From a virus: 64,000 nt of DNA. How positions within the stretch are numbered: the stretch's first letter is position 1; every line of letters begins with the position of its first letter. The notes beneath the pieces were generated by a model. It made no database searches. It saw nothing but the letters and a program-made list of their open reading frames with translations, and had not been told where the DNA came from. The DNA is taken from IMG/VR virus record IMGVR_UViG_3300031595_000166, positions 64,001 to 128,000 of that record. The stretch is one strand, 5' to 3'. The translations under genes were made by a program, and so were the position numbers. Below are positions 19,263 to 29,066 of the stretch, piece after piece.

Positions 19263-20645
19263 TTATACCGCTGCTCTTTTGCGAATGTTTTCGAGGCTGT
19301 CATCAACCAACAACTCACCGTTCTCATATACGGTTCTCATTACTGATAGGGAACACTGAATATCATTATTATTTGTCAATCTAACTGTTTCTAACTTTCC
19401 ATTAAGATTGATCAGATCTAATCTTCCCGATCTACTTCGTTTACCATGATCTGTAATTGGATCTTTGAAAACATCAACTTCATTTCCATCAACAATGGCG
19501 CTGCTACATTTCATTGCGAACTTATTTGTATCACGATCATGTTGTTGAAGCAACGCTCCTCCCATGCCGAACGCACAGTTTGATGCACTATAACCATTGG
19601 AAAGAAGTTTGTCAAGGATCTGAACGATCATTTCCTCATTGATACCATCGCCCTGAATAATACGAACGTTATTCAAGACGCGATATCCCTTTGTATTGAT
19701 TGTATGACCGAATGATTCATCAAGTAATTGTGCTGTTTTCAAAACAACATCAGGTGGATTACCAGAATCAGGACGAATAATAACTGTTGCTCCACTATTG
19801 ATTACTTCACCTTTTAGTTCACCGCCCCAATATTTACTGATAGCATTCCATAGGTTATAGCTATCACTAACTACTGCTACAAGAGCACCAGGCTTAGCGA
19901 ATTGTGTTAGCATATTACGATATGCATCACATTCTCTATCTTTGCCCCAACTTGTAATTGAAGAATGTTCCGCTGCTGGAATTGAAAATCCAGCCATATC
20001 AGAATGATAGTATTCATTAGCACATAGAATACCAGCGACTGTATCACTACCCATGAAGTTAACCAAGTGAGCAACATCACCAATCATTGCTGATTCTTGA
20101 CTTGAAACTCCACGACTTCCAAAATCATGAAGCTTGAATGGCAATTCAGCAGCAGTATTATCTGCTGATTTATCAAGAGCATTCTTGATTACATTCTTGA
20201 TTCTCCAACTAATTGTTGCGACATTGATCGGATACCATACTCTGAGAAACGAAGTTTCAATCCAAGAATAAATCCAAGGAACTTTTGGATCTGTCGACTC
20301 AACTGTAATCAGTGCGTTATGTGTTGGAACAACTGTTCCTTCTGGAACTGCACGAATACGAACTGGAATCTTACCGCCAAGATCTTTGGCAATATACATC
20401 CAGCCATCATAATTGAATACTCCCATGTGAGCTTTGAAAAACTTATTGGCTCGTTCAACTTCATCGACTGTGATGCGATGAGTTAGATATTCTTTGAGAT
20501 AGTATTGCAATCCGAAGAATACCGTTTCAGGATATTTACCACCGCGAGATTCAACGTAGCCGAATAGGCTTGTTGTATTTGGTGGATATTGATATGCGTG
20601 GCTTACTTTATAACTGTCTGTGTCGAATAGGATACTATATTTCAT
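19263..20645 (-). CDS. nadV: nicotinamide phosphoribosyltransferase (NAMPT)
   Basis: TDSYKVSH, LHDFGSRG, PAAEHS, VSDSY, IRPDSG, IQGDG, FGMGG. Confidence 0.95.
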   Translation of the reverse strand: MKYSILFDTDSYKVSHAYQYPPNTTSLFGYVESRGGKYPETVFFGLQYYLKEYLTHRITVDEVERANKFFKAHMGVFNYDGWMYIAKDLGGKIPVRIRAVPEGTVVPTHNALITVESTDPKVPWIYSWIETSFLRVWYPINVATISWRIKNVIKNALDKSADNTAAELPFKLHDFGSRGVSSQESAMIGDVAHLVNFMGSDTVAGILCANEYYHSDMAGFSIPAAEHSSITSWGKDRECDAYRNMLTQFAKPGALVAVVSDSYNLWNAISKYWGGELKGEVINSGATVIIRPDSGNPPDVVLKTAQLLDESFGHTINTKGYRVLNNVRIIQGDGINEEMIVQILDKLLSNGYSASNCAFGMGGALLQQHDRDTNKFAMKCSSAIVDGNEVDVFKDPITDHGKRSRSGRLDLINLNGKLETVRLTNNNDIQCSLSVMRTVYENGELLVDDSLENIRKRAAV

Positions 20646-20706
20646 TTGACTCTCCGTCTATTGTTTAATTCGGCGATCCCTCACTGGGATCGCTTTACTG
20701 TTTATT

Positions 20707-21732
20707 TCAGTTGCCATCATCCTGATGGATGAAGTTGTAAATTATATGCCAATGATCCTCAAAAAACTCTGAACTCCTTGCATAGTATTCCGCAAGAGGA
20801 AGCCAGAATGCTTTGTCTGCATCGCTATCACCCTTCACAATAGGGAGAGCTCCTACACCAAGATTCAATTTGAATGCCTGTGTAATTGTTCTTCCGCGAA
20901 GGGAACGGCGTGGATGATCGAATGTTTTCTCACCTTTGATAGCGGAAAACAATACTTGTTTATTGAGATCAATGCTTGTCTCCTCTTTTAGCTCTCTAAT
21001 GGATGCCTCTCTAAGAGTTTCGTTTTGTTCAACGAATCCACCTGGAAGAGCAAGCAATCCTCTACCATACTTAGCACGGCGTCTCACAAGAAGAATATGA
21101 CCCGATTTAATCACGACTGTATCAACTGTTTGGAATGTAGGAGGGAACGGCGCACCAACCCATGCATTTTTATATTCAGCAAGTTCGTCGAAACTGTCTT
21201 TCAGATATGTGAACTTGTTTGTTTTTTTGAACTCCTCCAACCACTTAGCGACATTTTCTGGAACATATTTTTTGTATGATACATCGTGCGTAAAATACAA
21301 TTCACGAATGTCAGTAGCATGAAGCTTGTGTTGTGTTTTGTAGTTGATGAACTCCCAGTCAGGGAACGAATCAAGATAGTATGAAGTAATATCTGACTTA
21401 TGCCCAACGAGTGCGACATGCTCAGAACGATTTGTAATATCAAGAACCTTTTGCTGGGCTTCGATTAGCCAAGTGTTTTCGTTATATAAATAGTCTCGAA
21501 TAGGAAGAACTATAACTCTTTCCTTTTGTTCTGGCGTGAGAACTGATTCAATAATATCGTGTCGTTCTTGTGAAGAAAACGGATCTCTTGGATCGGATGC
21601 CTTGTCGTGTGATCCAATAATCATAATCACACGATCACCAATAGATAGGGCAAGGTTCAGAAGTTCATTGTGAGCGTTATGGAATGGCTGAAACCTTCCA
21701 ATAACAACTGCATATTCGTAATCTAATTTCAT
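20707..21732 (-). CDS. nadM: bifunctional NMN adenylyltransferase / Nudix hydrolase
   Basis: GRFQPFHNAH, HATDIR, Nudix box PGGFVE..ETL..ASIRELKEET, FFEDH. Confidence 0.95.
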   Translation of the reverse strand: MKLDYEYAVVIGRFQPFHNAHNELLNLALSIGDRVIMIIGSHDKASDPRDPFSSQERHDIIESVLTPEQKERVIVLPIRDYLYNENTWLIEAQQKVLDITNRSEHVALVGHKSDITSYYLDSFPDWEFINYKTQHKLHATDIRELYFTHDVSYKKYVPENVAKWLEEFKKTNKFTYLKDSFDELAEYKNAWVGAPFPPTFQTVDTVVIKSGHILLVRRRAKYGRGLLALPGGFVEQNETLREASIRELKEETSIDLNKQVLFSAIKGEKTFDHPRRSLRGRTITQAFKLNLGVGALPIVKGDSDADKAFWLPLAEYYARSSEFFEDHWHIIYNFIHQDDGN

Positions 21733-21817
21733 TTTGACTCTCCGTCAGTTGAAGTAAATCCCCTCGCTGGGGATGCAAGAGAAACTACCTTGCAAGTAGA
21801 TGTTGTCTTATGCCCAT

Positions 21818-21846
21818 AATGTAAGGCTGGGTCAAACGGCTGTCAA
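21818..21846 (-). promoter_or_regulatory. sigma70-type promoter of NAD operon
   Basis: TTGACA-17-TACATT. Confidence 0.75.
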
Positions 21847-21850
21847 GCCC

Positions 21851-22150
21851 CTACATCAACAATTTTATCTGATCAATATACTTGAATATCTTTTCATCAG
21901 ATTGAAACTCATCAAAATACTTACTAATACCTTTCCCGCTAATATATCCCCAATTACCAAGTTCATCATCACAACGTCTAACTATAACGCAACTATCTAT
22001 TCTAACAACAATGTTATTGCTTACAAAATAATGATACTCGTGATCATCAGAACTATTACATCTGTTATATACAGAAGCATATGTTATAATTATTTTTTTA
22101 TCACATACGGGACAATCCATCAATATCCTCTTGGATTTAGATACTGCCAA
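21851..22150 (-). CDS. CPxC protein with divergent C-terminal tag
   Basis: MDCPVC...KYIDQIKLLM. Confidence 0.6.
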   Translation of the reverse strand: MAVSKSKRILMDCPVCDKKIIITYASVYNRCNSSDDHEYHYFVSNNIVVRIDSCVIVRRCDDELGNWGYISGKGISKYFDEFQSDEKIFKYIDQIKLLM

Positions 22151-22313
22151 GCAACTTTACCAGTCGCTTCTCTTTGACGATACCATGCTTCTTTCCAAGC
22201 GTTTCTGTCATCCAACACCTTCTTCAACTGCTCCTTCAAGCAATCAACTTCCGAATGATTATCAGAAACAATACTATGACATTTAACGCAACGATTTTCT
22301 TTTGCCATTGTAT

Positions 22314-22808
22314 TCATTTGAGATTTTCCTTTATCAGTTCTTTCGGACAAGTGGGATTATTCTTTTCGAGAAAATACATCAAGTACATATCGCCCATAAT
22401 AGCGGCGTAAGAAAGAATCTTTCTTCCTTCTGGATGCATTGCAATTCGACGATCATATTCTTTGAACTTTGTGATATCAGCGGTAAAAACTTTACCATCT
22501 GGTGATACTACTTCAAGTGTATCCTCATTCAGATTGACAATAGCATCTAAATCAGAACCATAATCTGGCGTATGAGATACATGATGATAGTAATCCGTCA
22601 TCATTGCGTCAAGGCTCGGATATCCTTTTATGCCGGCAGTCTTTTCGATCCAGAAACCAAGGTCGGTTGCATGAAGACGGAATGCGGTTCCATCCGTAAG
22701 AACAAACTTGCAGATTGCTTCCGATGCATTTGGTGGTTCAATTGCGGCGATTGTTTTGCCTTCGAGGAGGGATTGAAGTTCTTTGAACTCTTTATTATTA
22801 TTTGCCAT
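22314..22808 (-). CDS. hypothetical protein
   Basis: Likely start MANNNKEF after AAGGA RBS. Confidence 0.6.
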   Translation of the reverse strand: MANNNKEFKELQSLLEGKTIAAIEPPNASEAICKFVLTDGTAFRLHATDLGFWIEKTAGIKGYPSLDAMMTDYYHHVSHTPDYGSDLDAIVNLNEDTLEVVSPDGKVFTADITKFKEYDRRIAMHPEGRKILSYAAIMGDMYLMYFLEKNNPTCPKELIKENLK

Positions 22809-23027
22809 TGTTGTTTTCCTTTGTATCAATTCTATCGATCGTGTCCCCGCAGTGAATGCATATATCACATACATAGATATTGAGAATATAATAATCTCGT
22901 GTTAGCCCAGTATATCTAGCGTCAACAAAAGTTTTTATTACGTTTGGTATTTCTTTTTCATCATATCTTGCTTGATATTTATGAGAACCCGTCCAACTTG
23001 TGCATTGATTTGACATTTGTTATTTGC

Positions 23028-23234
23028 TCATTTTAGTAATAGAAGTTTTTCAATTCGTTCTTTGTCAAGATAGACAAAACCTTTAAGCGTTAATAGTCTT
23101 CCTTCTCCGGGCTTATATATCTCAACTGTGGTCAATCCATCTATACAATTATCATACCAGATAGTATATGGTGGCAGATCATGCGTGCAATGATGATCGT
23201 GCTTGATTATTTTGTTGCAGATTGGACAGTTCAT
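23028..23234 (-). CDS. CPxC cassette protein, tagged
   Basis: MNCPIC...LDKERIEKLLLLK. Confidence 0.85.
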   Translation of the reverse strand: MNCPICNKIIKHDHHCTHDLPPYTIWYDNCIDGLTTVEIYKPGEGRLLTLKGFVYLDKERIEKLLLLK

Positions 23235-23464
23235 TTTAACAATAGCAGTTTTTCAATTCGTTCTTTGTCAAGGTAAATCAATCCTTTGAATTCGAGAACT
23301 GCTACCCATTGAATTTTAATGTCAAACACGGCAGTACAATTTAAAATATGTGAGTATTGAACAATGTATTCGCCCATATAATGTTCGCATAGTTGACGCA
23401 ATGTTTTGTTGCATATCGGACATGAGGGAATGGGTGCGCTTGAATCGTAGATCTCGTAGATCAT
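23231..23464 (-). CDS. CPxC cassette protein, tagged
   Basis: CPIC...LDKERIEKLLLLK. Confidence 0.85.
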   Translation of the reverse strand: MIYEIYDSSAPIPSCPICNKTLRQLCEHYMGEYIVQYSHILNCTAVFDIKIQWVAVLEFKGLIYLDKERIEKLLLLK

Positions 23465-24237
23465 TTAGCATCGCCACAACAACGACAACCAGTAGTAGTA
23501 TCCGAATAAAATTGCCCATGACCGTATGTCATAGGTTCGCACCTATGCCTGCCCCCACCTGCGTGCCCTCCACTGAGAGTGGACGTCAGATGAAGACCGG
23601 ACGCTGGCGCATAGTATTCAGGAACACGCGTCCACTCATCGACCGACCCGATCATATTATGGATGCCAAACGGTGAAACACACTTAGGGTAGTCAGTAAT
23701 ACTGGAACTATAATCACAATTTTTCTTACCACATTTTTTAAATGGCTTATGTTCGATATCGCAGGCGCCTACATCTCTTGTGAAACCGTATGGGTATGGG
23801 TTATTCGCTTCGCCCTCACACGCAAACATCCATTCTGGATGACTACACAGCCTCATCCCCTGCTCACTACATCTCTTCTCACACTGCCCAAACGTCTGAT
23901 CATTCAGTGGCATCTTCGTCTCAGGGTTATACAACTCCTCAGTCGTAATACAATACTTCATTTTAACCGTCTTGACTAAACACTTAGCAGGTTGCTTATA
24001 TTCCGCACATCGTCTTGCAACCGAAGTAGGAGGATCGATCCAATGCAGACAAACCTCTTCTGGCTTCGGGCAGTAATTACCTTCAACCAATGTGCTTCCA
24101 ACATGACACACCTGCGGTTCCTTCGGCTCTTCTGGAACCACAATAGTAGTAGTCTTACTTGTATCTGCTGGGCTCTGAGCAGAACATAACAGTCCAACAA
24201 CACAAACAATTAGAATGAACGATAGTTTTGTTTTCAC
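23461..24237 (-). CDS. secreted FGE-sulfatase (SUMF1)-like domain protein
   Basis: Signal peptide; RLC..EWMFACEG...YPYG, SPFGIHNMIGSVDEW, GCRCC. Confidence 0.8.
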   Translation of the reverse strand: MKTKLSFILIVCVVGLLCSAQSPADTSKTTTIVVPEEPKEPQVCHVGSTLVEGNYCPKPEEVCLHWIDPPTSVARRCAEYKQPAKCLVKTVKMKYCITTEELYNPETKMPLNDQTFGQCEKRCSEQGMRLCSHPEWMFACEGEANNPYPYGFTRDVGACDIEHKPFKKCGKKNCDYSSSITDYPKCVSPFGIHNMIGSVDEWTRVPEYYAPASGLHLTSTLSGGHAGGGRHRCEPMTYGHGQFYSDTTTGCRCCGDAK

Positions 24238-24248
24238 GGATCGATTCC

Positions 24249-24467
24249 TTATTGCAACATTAGGAGTATTTCAATGCGTTGTTCGTTTTCAATTGGAATA
24301 AGTTTGTTAAGTTTTACTAGAAGCTGATCATCCAAACTAATCCATGTCTGCGGAGGAAGTCCGAATACTGTTCGCATATATTCAATTTTATATTTACCAA
24401 TGATATGGCAATGAAGTGGAAAAAAATCTATAATAACAGAATTGCAATTGGGACAATAATCATTCAT
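24249..24467 (-). CDS. CPxC cassette protein, tagged
   Basis: CPNC...PIENEQRIEILLMLQ. Confidence 0.85.
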   Translation of the reverse strand: MNDYCPNCNSVIIDFFPLHCHIIGKYKIEYMRTVFGLPPQTWISLDDQLLVKLNKLIPIENEQRIEILLMLQ

Positions 24468-24721
24468 TTTAGTAGCAACATTGTTTCAATGCGTTGTTCG
24501 TTTTCAATTGGAACAAGTCTATTGATTACTAGAACCTGAATATCCTTCTTAAGAAGACTAGTCTCATCAGGAACATTATCACCGGCACAAAAATAAAGTA
24601 CTTGATATTCGCCATACATATGGATATGAGATTTGATTTTATTAAGTCGGGCGGCACATACAGGACAACGATCATCCATTGTATGCAATCCATTTATACT
24701 TACCATCCTTGGACTTGGCAA
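24464..24721 (-). CDS. CPxC cassette protein, tagged
   Basis: CPVC...PIENEQRIETMLLLK; probable start MDDRCP. Confidence 0.8.
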   Translation of the reverse strand: MPSPRMVSINGLHTMDDRCPVCAARLNKIKSHIHMYGEYQVLYFCAGDNVPDETSLLKKDIQVLVINRLVPIENEQRIETMLLLK

Positions 24722-24893
24722 GGATCATTGATTGATGGCAATGGGAACATTTAAGAATCATCCCAGCGTGAGCCGATTCACTGCCATGTTCGTCAATAAA
24801 ATCCGAACAACAATTGAACACTCCCTCGCCGAAAACAACTTGAAAATCACTGACCTTACCAATAGTGCGCATAGGATTTTTTCTCCACGGAAC

Positions 24894-24921
24894 AACTTAA
24901 CCACGCCCCCAAGCGTGTCAA
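24894..24921 (-). promoter_or_regulatory. sigma70-type early promoter
   Basis: TTGACA-16-TAAGTT. Confidence 0.65.
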
Positions 24922-24949
24922 GATCCCCAGTGTGGTGAAGTGTAGGATA

Positions 24950-25168
24950 TTATTTCAATAGCGTTGGAACCGCCGAACAATCTGGTTGATTCATTGGCGG
25001 GAAGTTATGTGCAGATATAACACCAAACGATTGTAATATAAATAATAACACAATCACTAATGCTACAACATTTACAATAACTTTTATTTTAGTATCAACT
25101 TTTAGTAAAGAATTAAATAAGAATAAAGAAAAGCCTAAACAGGTTAGTATAACGAGGAATGTAATCAT
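24950..25168 (-). CDS. small two-TM membrane protein (Thivi_2564-like), paralog of 27750..27944
   Basis: D.KIK.I.NVV...LQSFG. Confidence 0.6.
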   Translation of the reverse strand: MITFLVILTCLGFSLFLFNSLLKVDTKIKVIVNVVALVIVLLFILQSFGVISAHNFPPMNQPDCSAVPTLLK

Positions 25169-25227
25169 TTTATTTCTCCAACCTAATACAAAATTGTGTA
25201 TAATAATACTTATTTTGGTATTAGATC

Positions 25228-25485
25228 ATGAACAATTATAACTACAAAACATTATTAGTCTCAGGAAAAGACTCAATCCTAATCGAATTAGACGGGGAAC
25301 CAAGAGAAGTTTCCGTTGAATTCAAAAAACAACATCACCATCATCGCAAACATCATAATGTCCCATGCAATCCACATCAAGATACATTGAAACACGCTAT
25401 CGTATGTGATGATGAACTATTCTTCCTCGGAATTGAATGGTCAGTTGCAGGAATAAGAGAAGTGATCTGGTCAGTTAAATACTAA
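25228..25485 (+). CDS. hypothetical His-rich protein
   Basis: First gene of plus-strand unit. Confidence 0.6.
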   Translation: MNNYNYKTLLVSGKDSILIELDGEPREVSVEFKKQHHHHRKHHNVPCNPHQDTLKHAIVCDDELFFLGIEWSVAGIREVIWSVKY

Positions 25486-25511
25486 ACAACTAAATAGTAA
25501 GAGGTAAGTGT

Positions 25512-26447
25512 ATGAATATATTGGTATTTGGATTCTATTCCCATATGAATGTGGGCGATAATCTTTTTACCGATGTCTTTCATAAACTATTCCCGCAGCA
25601 TTCATTTACATTTACCGATCATATTACAAACAATTTACTCAAAAACATATCCGCAGTATTCATTGGCGGCGGATCAATGTTATGCGACAAACCAAACATT
25701 GAAAACATCAAGAAACTAAAACTACTTCCAATATATTATATAGGAATTGGTTCTGAGACATTGATAAATCCAGTTCATTTAGATCTAATGAAGCAAGCAA
25801 AGCTAATAGCATTGCGTTCAGATCATAAACTATCTATTATTAGATCAATAAACCCTAATACAATAGTTATTCCTGACTTAGTCTATGCCTTGGCAACAGA
25901 TATAGTTCCAGATCCAATAAGTAAAACGGTTCTTGTGCTACCAAACATAGCAGTAGTCCCACAGAATAATGATCATCATTGGAAACATACTGCTTGGGAG
26001 TGGTTCAGGAATGAGTTTTCGCAGTTTTTAGATAGCATTATTGATCATGGATACAAAATATCCTTCCTATCTATGTGTCAAGACCATAAACTACACGATG
26101 ATTTTGCTTCACTTGGTATCATAAGTAGTATGAAGCACAGAGATATAGATTATATTATTGAATCGGATGATATAATAAAAACAATTTCAGAACATAGCAT
26201 TGTTATTACGCAGAGATATCATGGAATAATACTATCAGAGCTTGCAAGAACACCGTATGTTGCAATACATCATCATGATAAATTGAAAGAATCTTATTTT
26301 AATGCTGGGGCATTTGTTTCATACTACGGATTCAGTAAACAAACAATGAATGATAAGTTCAATCTTGCTATGAAGAAAGATTACAGTTATGATGTATCAG
26401 TATTTGAGAATATATTTAGAACATTAGTTAGCAAGGTGGGAATATGA
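25512..26447 (+). CDS. polysaccharide pyruvyl transferase family protein
   Basis: GFYSHMNVGDNL, IGGGS, LRSD, PDLVY, RYHGIILS. Confidence 0.85.
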   Translation: MNILVFGFYSHMNVGDNLFTDVFHKLFPQHSFTFTDHITNNLLKNISAVFIGGGSMLCDKPNIENIKKLKLLPIYYIGIGSETLINPVHLDLMKQAKLIALRSDHKLSIIRSINPNTIVIPDLVYALATDIVPDPISKTVLVLPNIAVVPQNNDHHWKHTAWEWFRNEFSQFLDSIIDHGYKISFLSMCQDHKLHDDFASLGIISSMKHRDIDYIIESDDIIKTISEHSIVITQRYHGIILSELARTPYVAIHHHDKLKESYFNAGAFVSYYGFSKQTMNDKFNLAMKKDYSYDVSVFENIFRTLVSKVGI

Positions 26448-27697
26448 GTGAAAGATTCGCTGGCATAAAGAATGGAAACATTCAGGTTGTATCAGATAAA
26501 ACATTTGCGTCTGCCATAAAGATTCCAAAAGAACTTGATAATGTATTAGCAGATGATTTGATTATTGATTATAGGTATAAGAATGGACAGTTCAAGAATA
26601 AGAGTAATGTATTACCAGTTGGAGAATTGAGAGTTGCATTTATAACTAATTGGCGTATGCATTGTGGAATTGCAATGTATGGTGAAAAACTTCATAACGA
26701 ACTGGTAAAGCATGTAAAAGACATTGTGGTATTCGCAGAGATTGGCGTTGATGATAAGAAAGAAGACGGAGTTATTAGATGTTGGAAACGTGGCGAATCA
26801 ATTATGGATTTGGTTAGGGCGGTAAAAGAATACGATCCAGATGTCATATTGATCAACCACGAATGGGGGTTGTTCAGTGATTCGAGATACTGGCTTGCAT
26901 TAATGAATCAATTGTCAGAGTATCGTATAATAGTTATTCAGCATTCCGTATTCCATCACAAAGACAAAACGATATGTGAAGCAGCAATGCCGGAAGTTAT
27001 TGTTCATTTAGCTGGTGCGAAGACTGTATTGAAAGAAGAAAAGAAGATATCCGGCAGTGTATATGTTATTCCGCACGGAAGTTCTCCTTGTGTTGCTGGT
27101 AAGTATTGGAATATGTATCATAGCGACAGAACATTTTTACAGATAGGTTATGGGTTCCATTATAAAGGATGGGAAAATTGTATTAAAGCAGTTGCCATAC
27201 TCAAAAAGAAGTATGATGATGTATTCTTCACTGGTATTTTTAGTGAGAGTCATTATGCTAAGTTAGATCATCAACTATACTACAATGAACTAATGATACT
27301 TGTTAGTGAGCTGGGCGTTGAAGAGAATGTTGGTATCATACGAGGATATCAATCAGATGAAACATTGGAGTCATATTTCAGAACGAATGTTGCAGCGGTA
27401 TTCCCATATGTTAGTTCGGCTGAGCACGAAGTATTTGGTGCAAGCGGTGCGGTAAGAACAGCTATGAGCAAGGGATTGCCAGTTATTACAACGAGCGTGA
27501 ATCATTTTAGTGATGTGCCAAGTATAAAGGCTGATACACCAGAAGAGATTGCTAATGCGTTAGAGAAGGTATTCGAGAATAAAGAATATCGAGAACTCCA
27601 AGTAAAGAAACAATGCGCTTATGTTGAGGAAACAAGTTGGGAAAATGTTGGAAAGATGTATTGTGATGTGTTGGAAAGGAAAACGACCACTACATAG
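26444..27697 (+). CDS. GT4-type glycosyltransferase
   Basis: CGIAMY, HEWGLF, VIPHG, YKGWE, VFPY...SGA...GLPVITT. Confidence 0.85.
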   Translation: MSERFAGIKNGNIQVVSDKTFASAIKIPKELDNVLADDLIIDYRYKNGQFKNKSNVLPVGELRVAFITNWRMHCGIAMYGEKLHNELVKHVKDIVVFAEIGVDDKKEDGVIRCWKRGESIMDLVRAVKEYDPDVILINHEWGLFSDSRYWLALMNQLSEYRIIVIQHSVFHHKDKTICEAAMPEVIVHLAGAKTVLKEEKKISGSVYVIPHGSSPCVAGKYWNMYHSDRTFLQIGYGFHYKGWENCIKAVAILKKKYDDVFFTGIFSESHYAKLDHQLYYNELMILVSELGVEENVGIIRGYQSDETLESYFRTNVAAVFPYVSSAEHEVFGASGAVRTAMSKGLPVITTSVNHFSDVPSIKADTPEEIANALEKVFENKEYRELQVKKQCAYVEETSWENVGKMYCDVLERKTTTT

Positions 27698-27749
27698 GGA
27701 GGATGTAGTAGTCGTATTCGGACGCTGAACTGATTTTAGATGATTAGTT

Positions 27750-27944
27750 TCAGCGAAGTCTTGGGAATGTTGTAGTGCCGAGAAGTCCGAACGCCGATAA
27801 GACATATAATAAAACACAGATAACAACTACTACATTTATGATTGTTTTGATTCTGGCGTCCATTGGGATCATCGTGTTGACGAGCCAAAGTGCGATTCCG
27901 ATCACTATTAAAACAACTATTAATCCAATCATTTTGATGATCAT
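27750..27944 (-). CDS. Thivi_2564-like small membrane protein
   Basis: LWLVNTMIPMDARIKTIINVVVVI..LL..LSAFG. Confidence 0.7.
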   Translation of the reverse strand: MIIKMIGLIVVLIVIGIALWLVNTMIPMDARIKTIINVVVVICVLLYVLSAFGLLGTTTFPRLR

Positions 27945-28047
27945 TTCTTATAGAGAATGGTGTTCCGATATTGGAATGATCATCTCTATCAACACAATAC
28001 TTCAATGTGCATACCCAATCTGACATAAGTATATAAGGAATATCAAC

Positions 28048-28347
28048 ATGGATCCAACATTAGCAACAATTCTCGTAGCATTCTTCACTGCCATGCCACC
28101 AACGATAGCAGCAATTACTGCTCTAATGGTATCATTACATAACACACAAAAGATTCAAGATCTCCATGTATCAATGGATGGCAGACTATCTCAACTATTG
28201 ACAGCATCACTTGCACAAGGCAGACAGAATGAACGCGACGATCAACGAGATGGTTATAGTGTAGCACCAACAGCTCCAACTGCAACCCCAATTGGAACTA
28301 CTACAACAGTATCAACATTCGTTCCAGCATTTACAATAGATAAGTAA
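28048..28347 (+). CDS. TM plus coiled-coil membrane protein (holin-like)
   Basis: AAGGA RBS; hydrophobic N-terminus; paralog of 28408..28632. Confidence 0.55.
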   Translation: MDPTLATILVAFFTAMPPTIAAITALMVSLHNTQKIQDLHVSMDGRLSQLLTASLAQGRQNERDDQRDGYSVAPTAPTATPIGTTTTVSTFVPAFTIDK

Positions 28348-28407
28348 AAGAAAAGAGCCTAACGAGATCAACTCGAAGGCTCATATTCTACACTTATATT
28401 TTACTAA

Positions 28408-28632
28408 TTAGATATGATATCCATCTTGGGTATTGTTTTGTTCAGCGTTTTGTTCTTGAACTCTTCCAGTATCTACCTTAGAACTAACTAATTCATCCAT
28501 TCTTTTAGTTAATAGCGTTTGAACCCAAGTGATTTTTTTACTATTCTTGGTTGCGGCAATTATGCTTCCGATCGCCAAGATCGTAATAAATATCGATACA
28601 CATGCTGCTGCAATCAAGATTGATATTGGCAT
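28408..28632 (-). CDS. TM plus coiled-coil membrane protein
   Basis: Shares N..KI......R..L......GR..E...DGY with 28048..28347. Confidence 0.55.
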   Translation of the reverse strand: MPISILIAAACVSIFITILAIGSIIAATKNSKKITWVQTLLTKRMDELVSSKVDTGRVQEQNAEQNNTQDGYHI

Positions 28633-28638
28633 TTGATT

Positions 28639-29031
28639 CTATTTGCCGCCGTCAGCAATATATGCTTGAAGGTTCTTTTGGACTAATTGTAAGTGTGCCA
28701 TTTGTGCTGGTGTTAATTTTGCCGCCGTTTGACCTAAAATTGGAGCACCTGATTCGGTATATTGAACCGTAGTAGGAGTGGTAGCAGATGCGAGTAGTGA
28801 GTTAACTATACCCAAAGCCGAAGTAGCAGTTGCACCGACGCAACCGGTTAGAAGTAATGCTGGATCGGTTATTCCACCATTGAAGAGTTGATTGACTTCG
28901 CATGATGCAATTGGTGATAATGCTGATTCAACTTGTGTTGATGTAGGTGATGTGCAACCAATAGCCGTTAAGCCAATGACTGCAAGCAAGCCTGTTATAA
29001 TTGTTCGTTTCATTTGTTCCTTATAGGACAC
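28639..29031 (-). CDS. putative lipoprotein
   Basis: MKRTII...AIGC lipobox. Confidence 0.65.
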   Translation of the reverse strand: MSYKEQMKRTIITGLLAVIGLTAIGCTSPTSTQVESALSPIASCEVNQLFNGGITDPALLLTGCVGATATSALGIVNSLLASATTPTTVQYTESGAPILGQTAAKLTPAQMAHLQLVQKNLQAYIADGGK

Positions 29032-29066
29032 GACCTTCGTGTATCACAATACCGTAATGGGTATCA

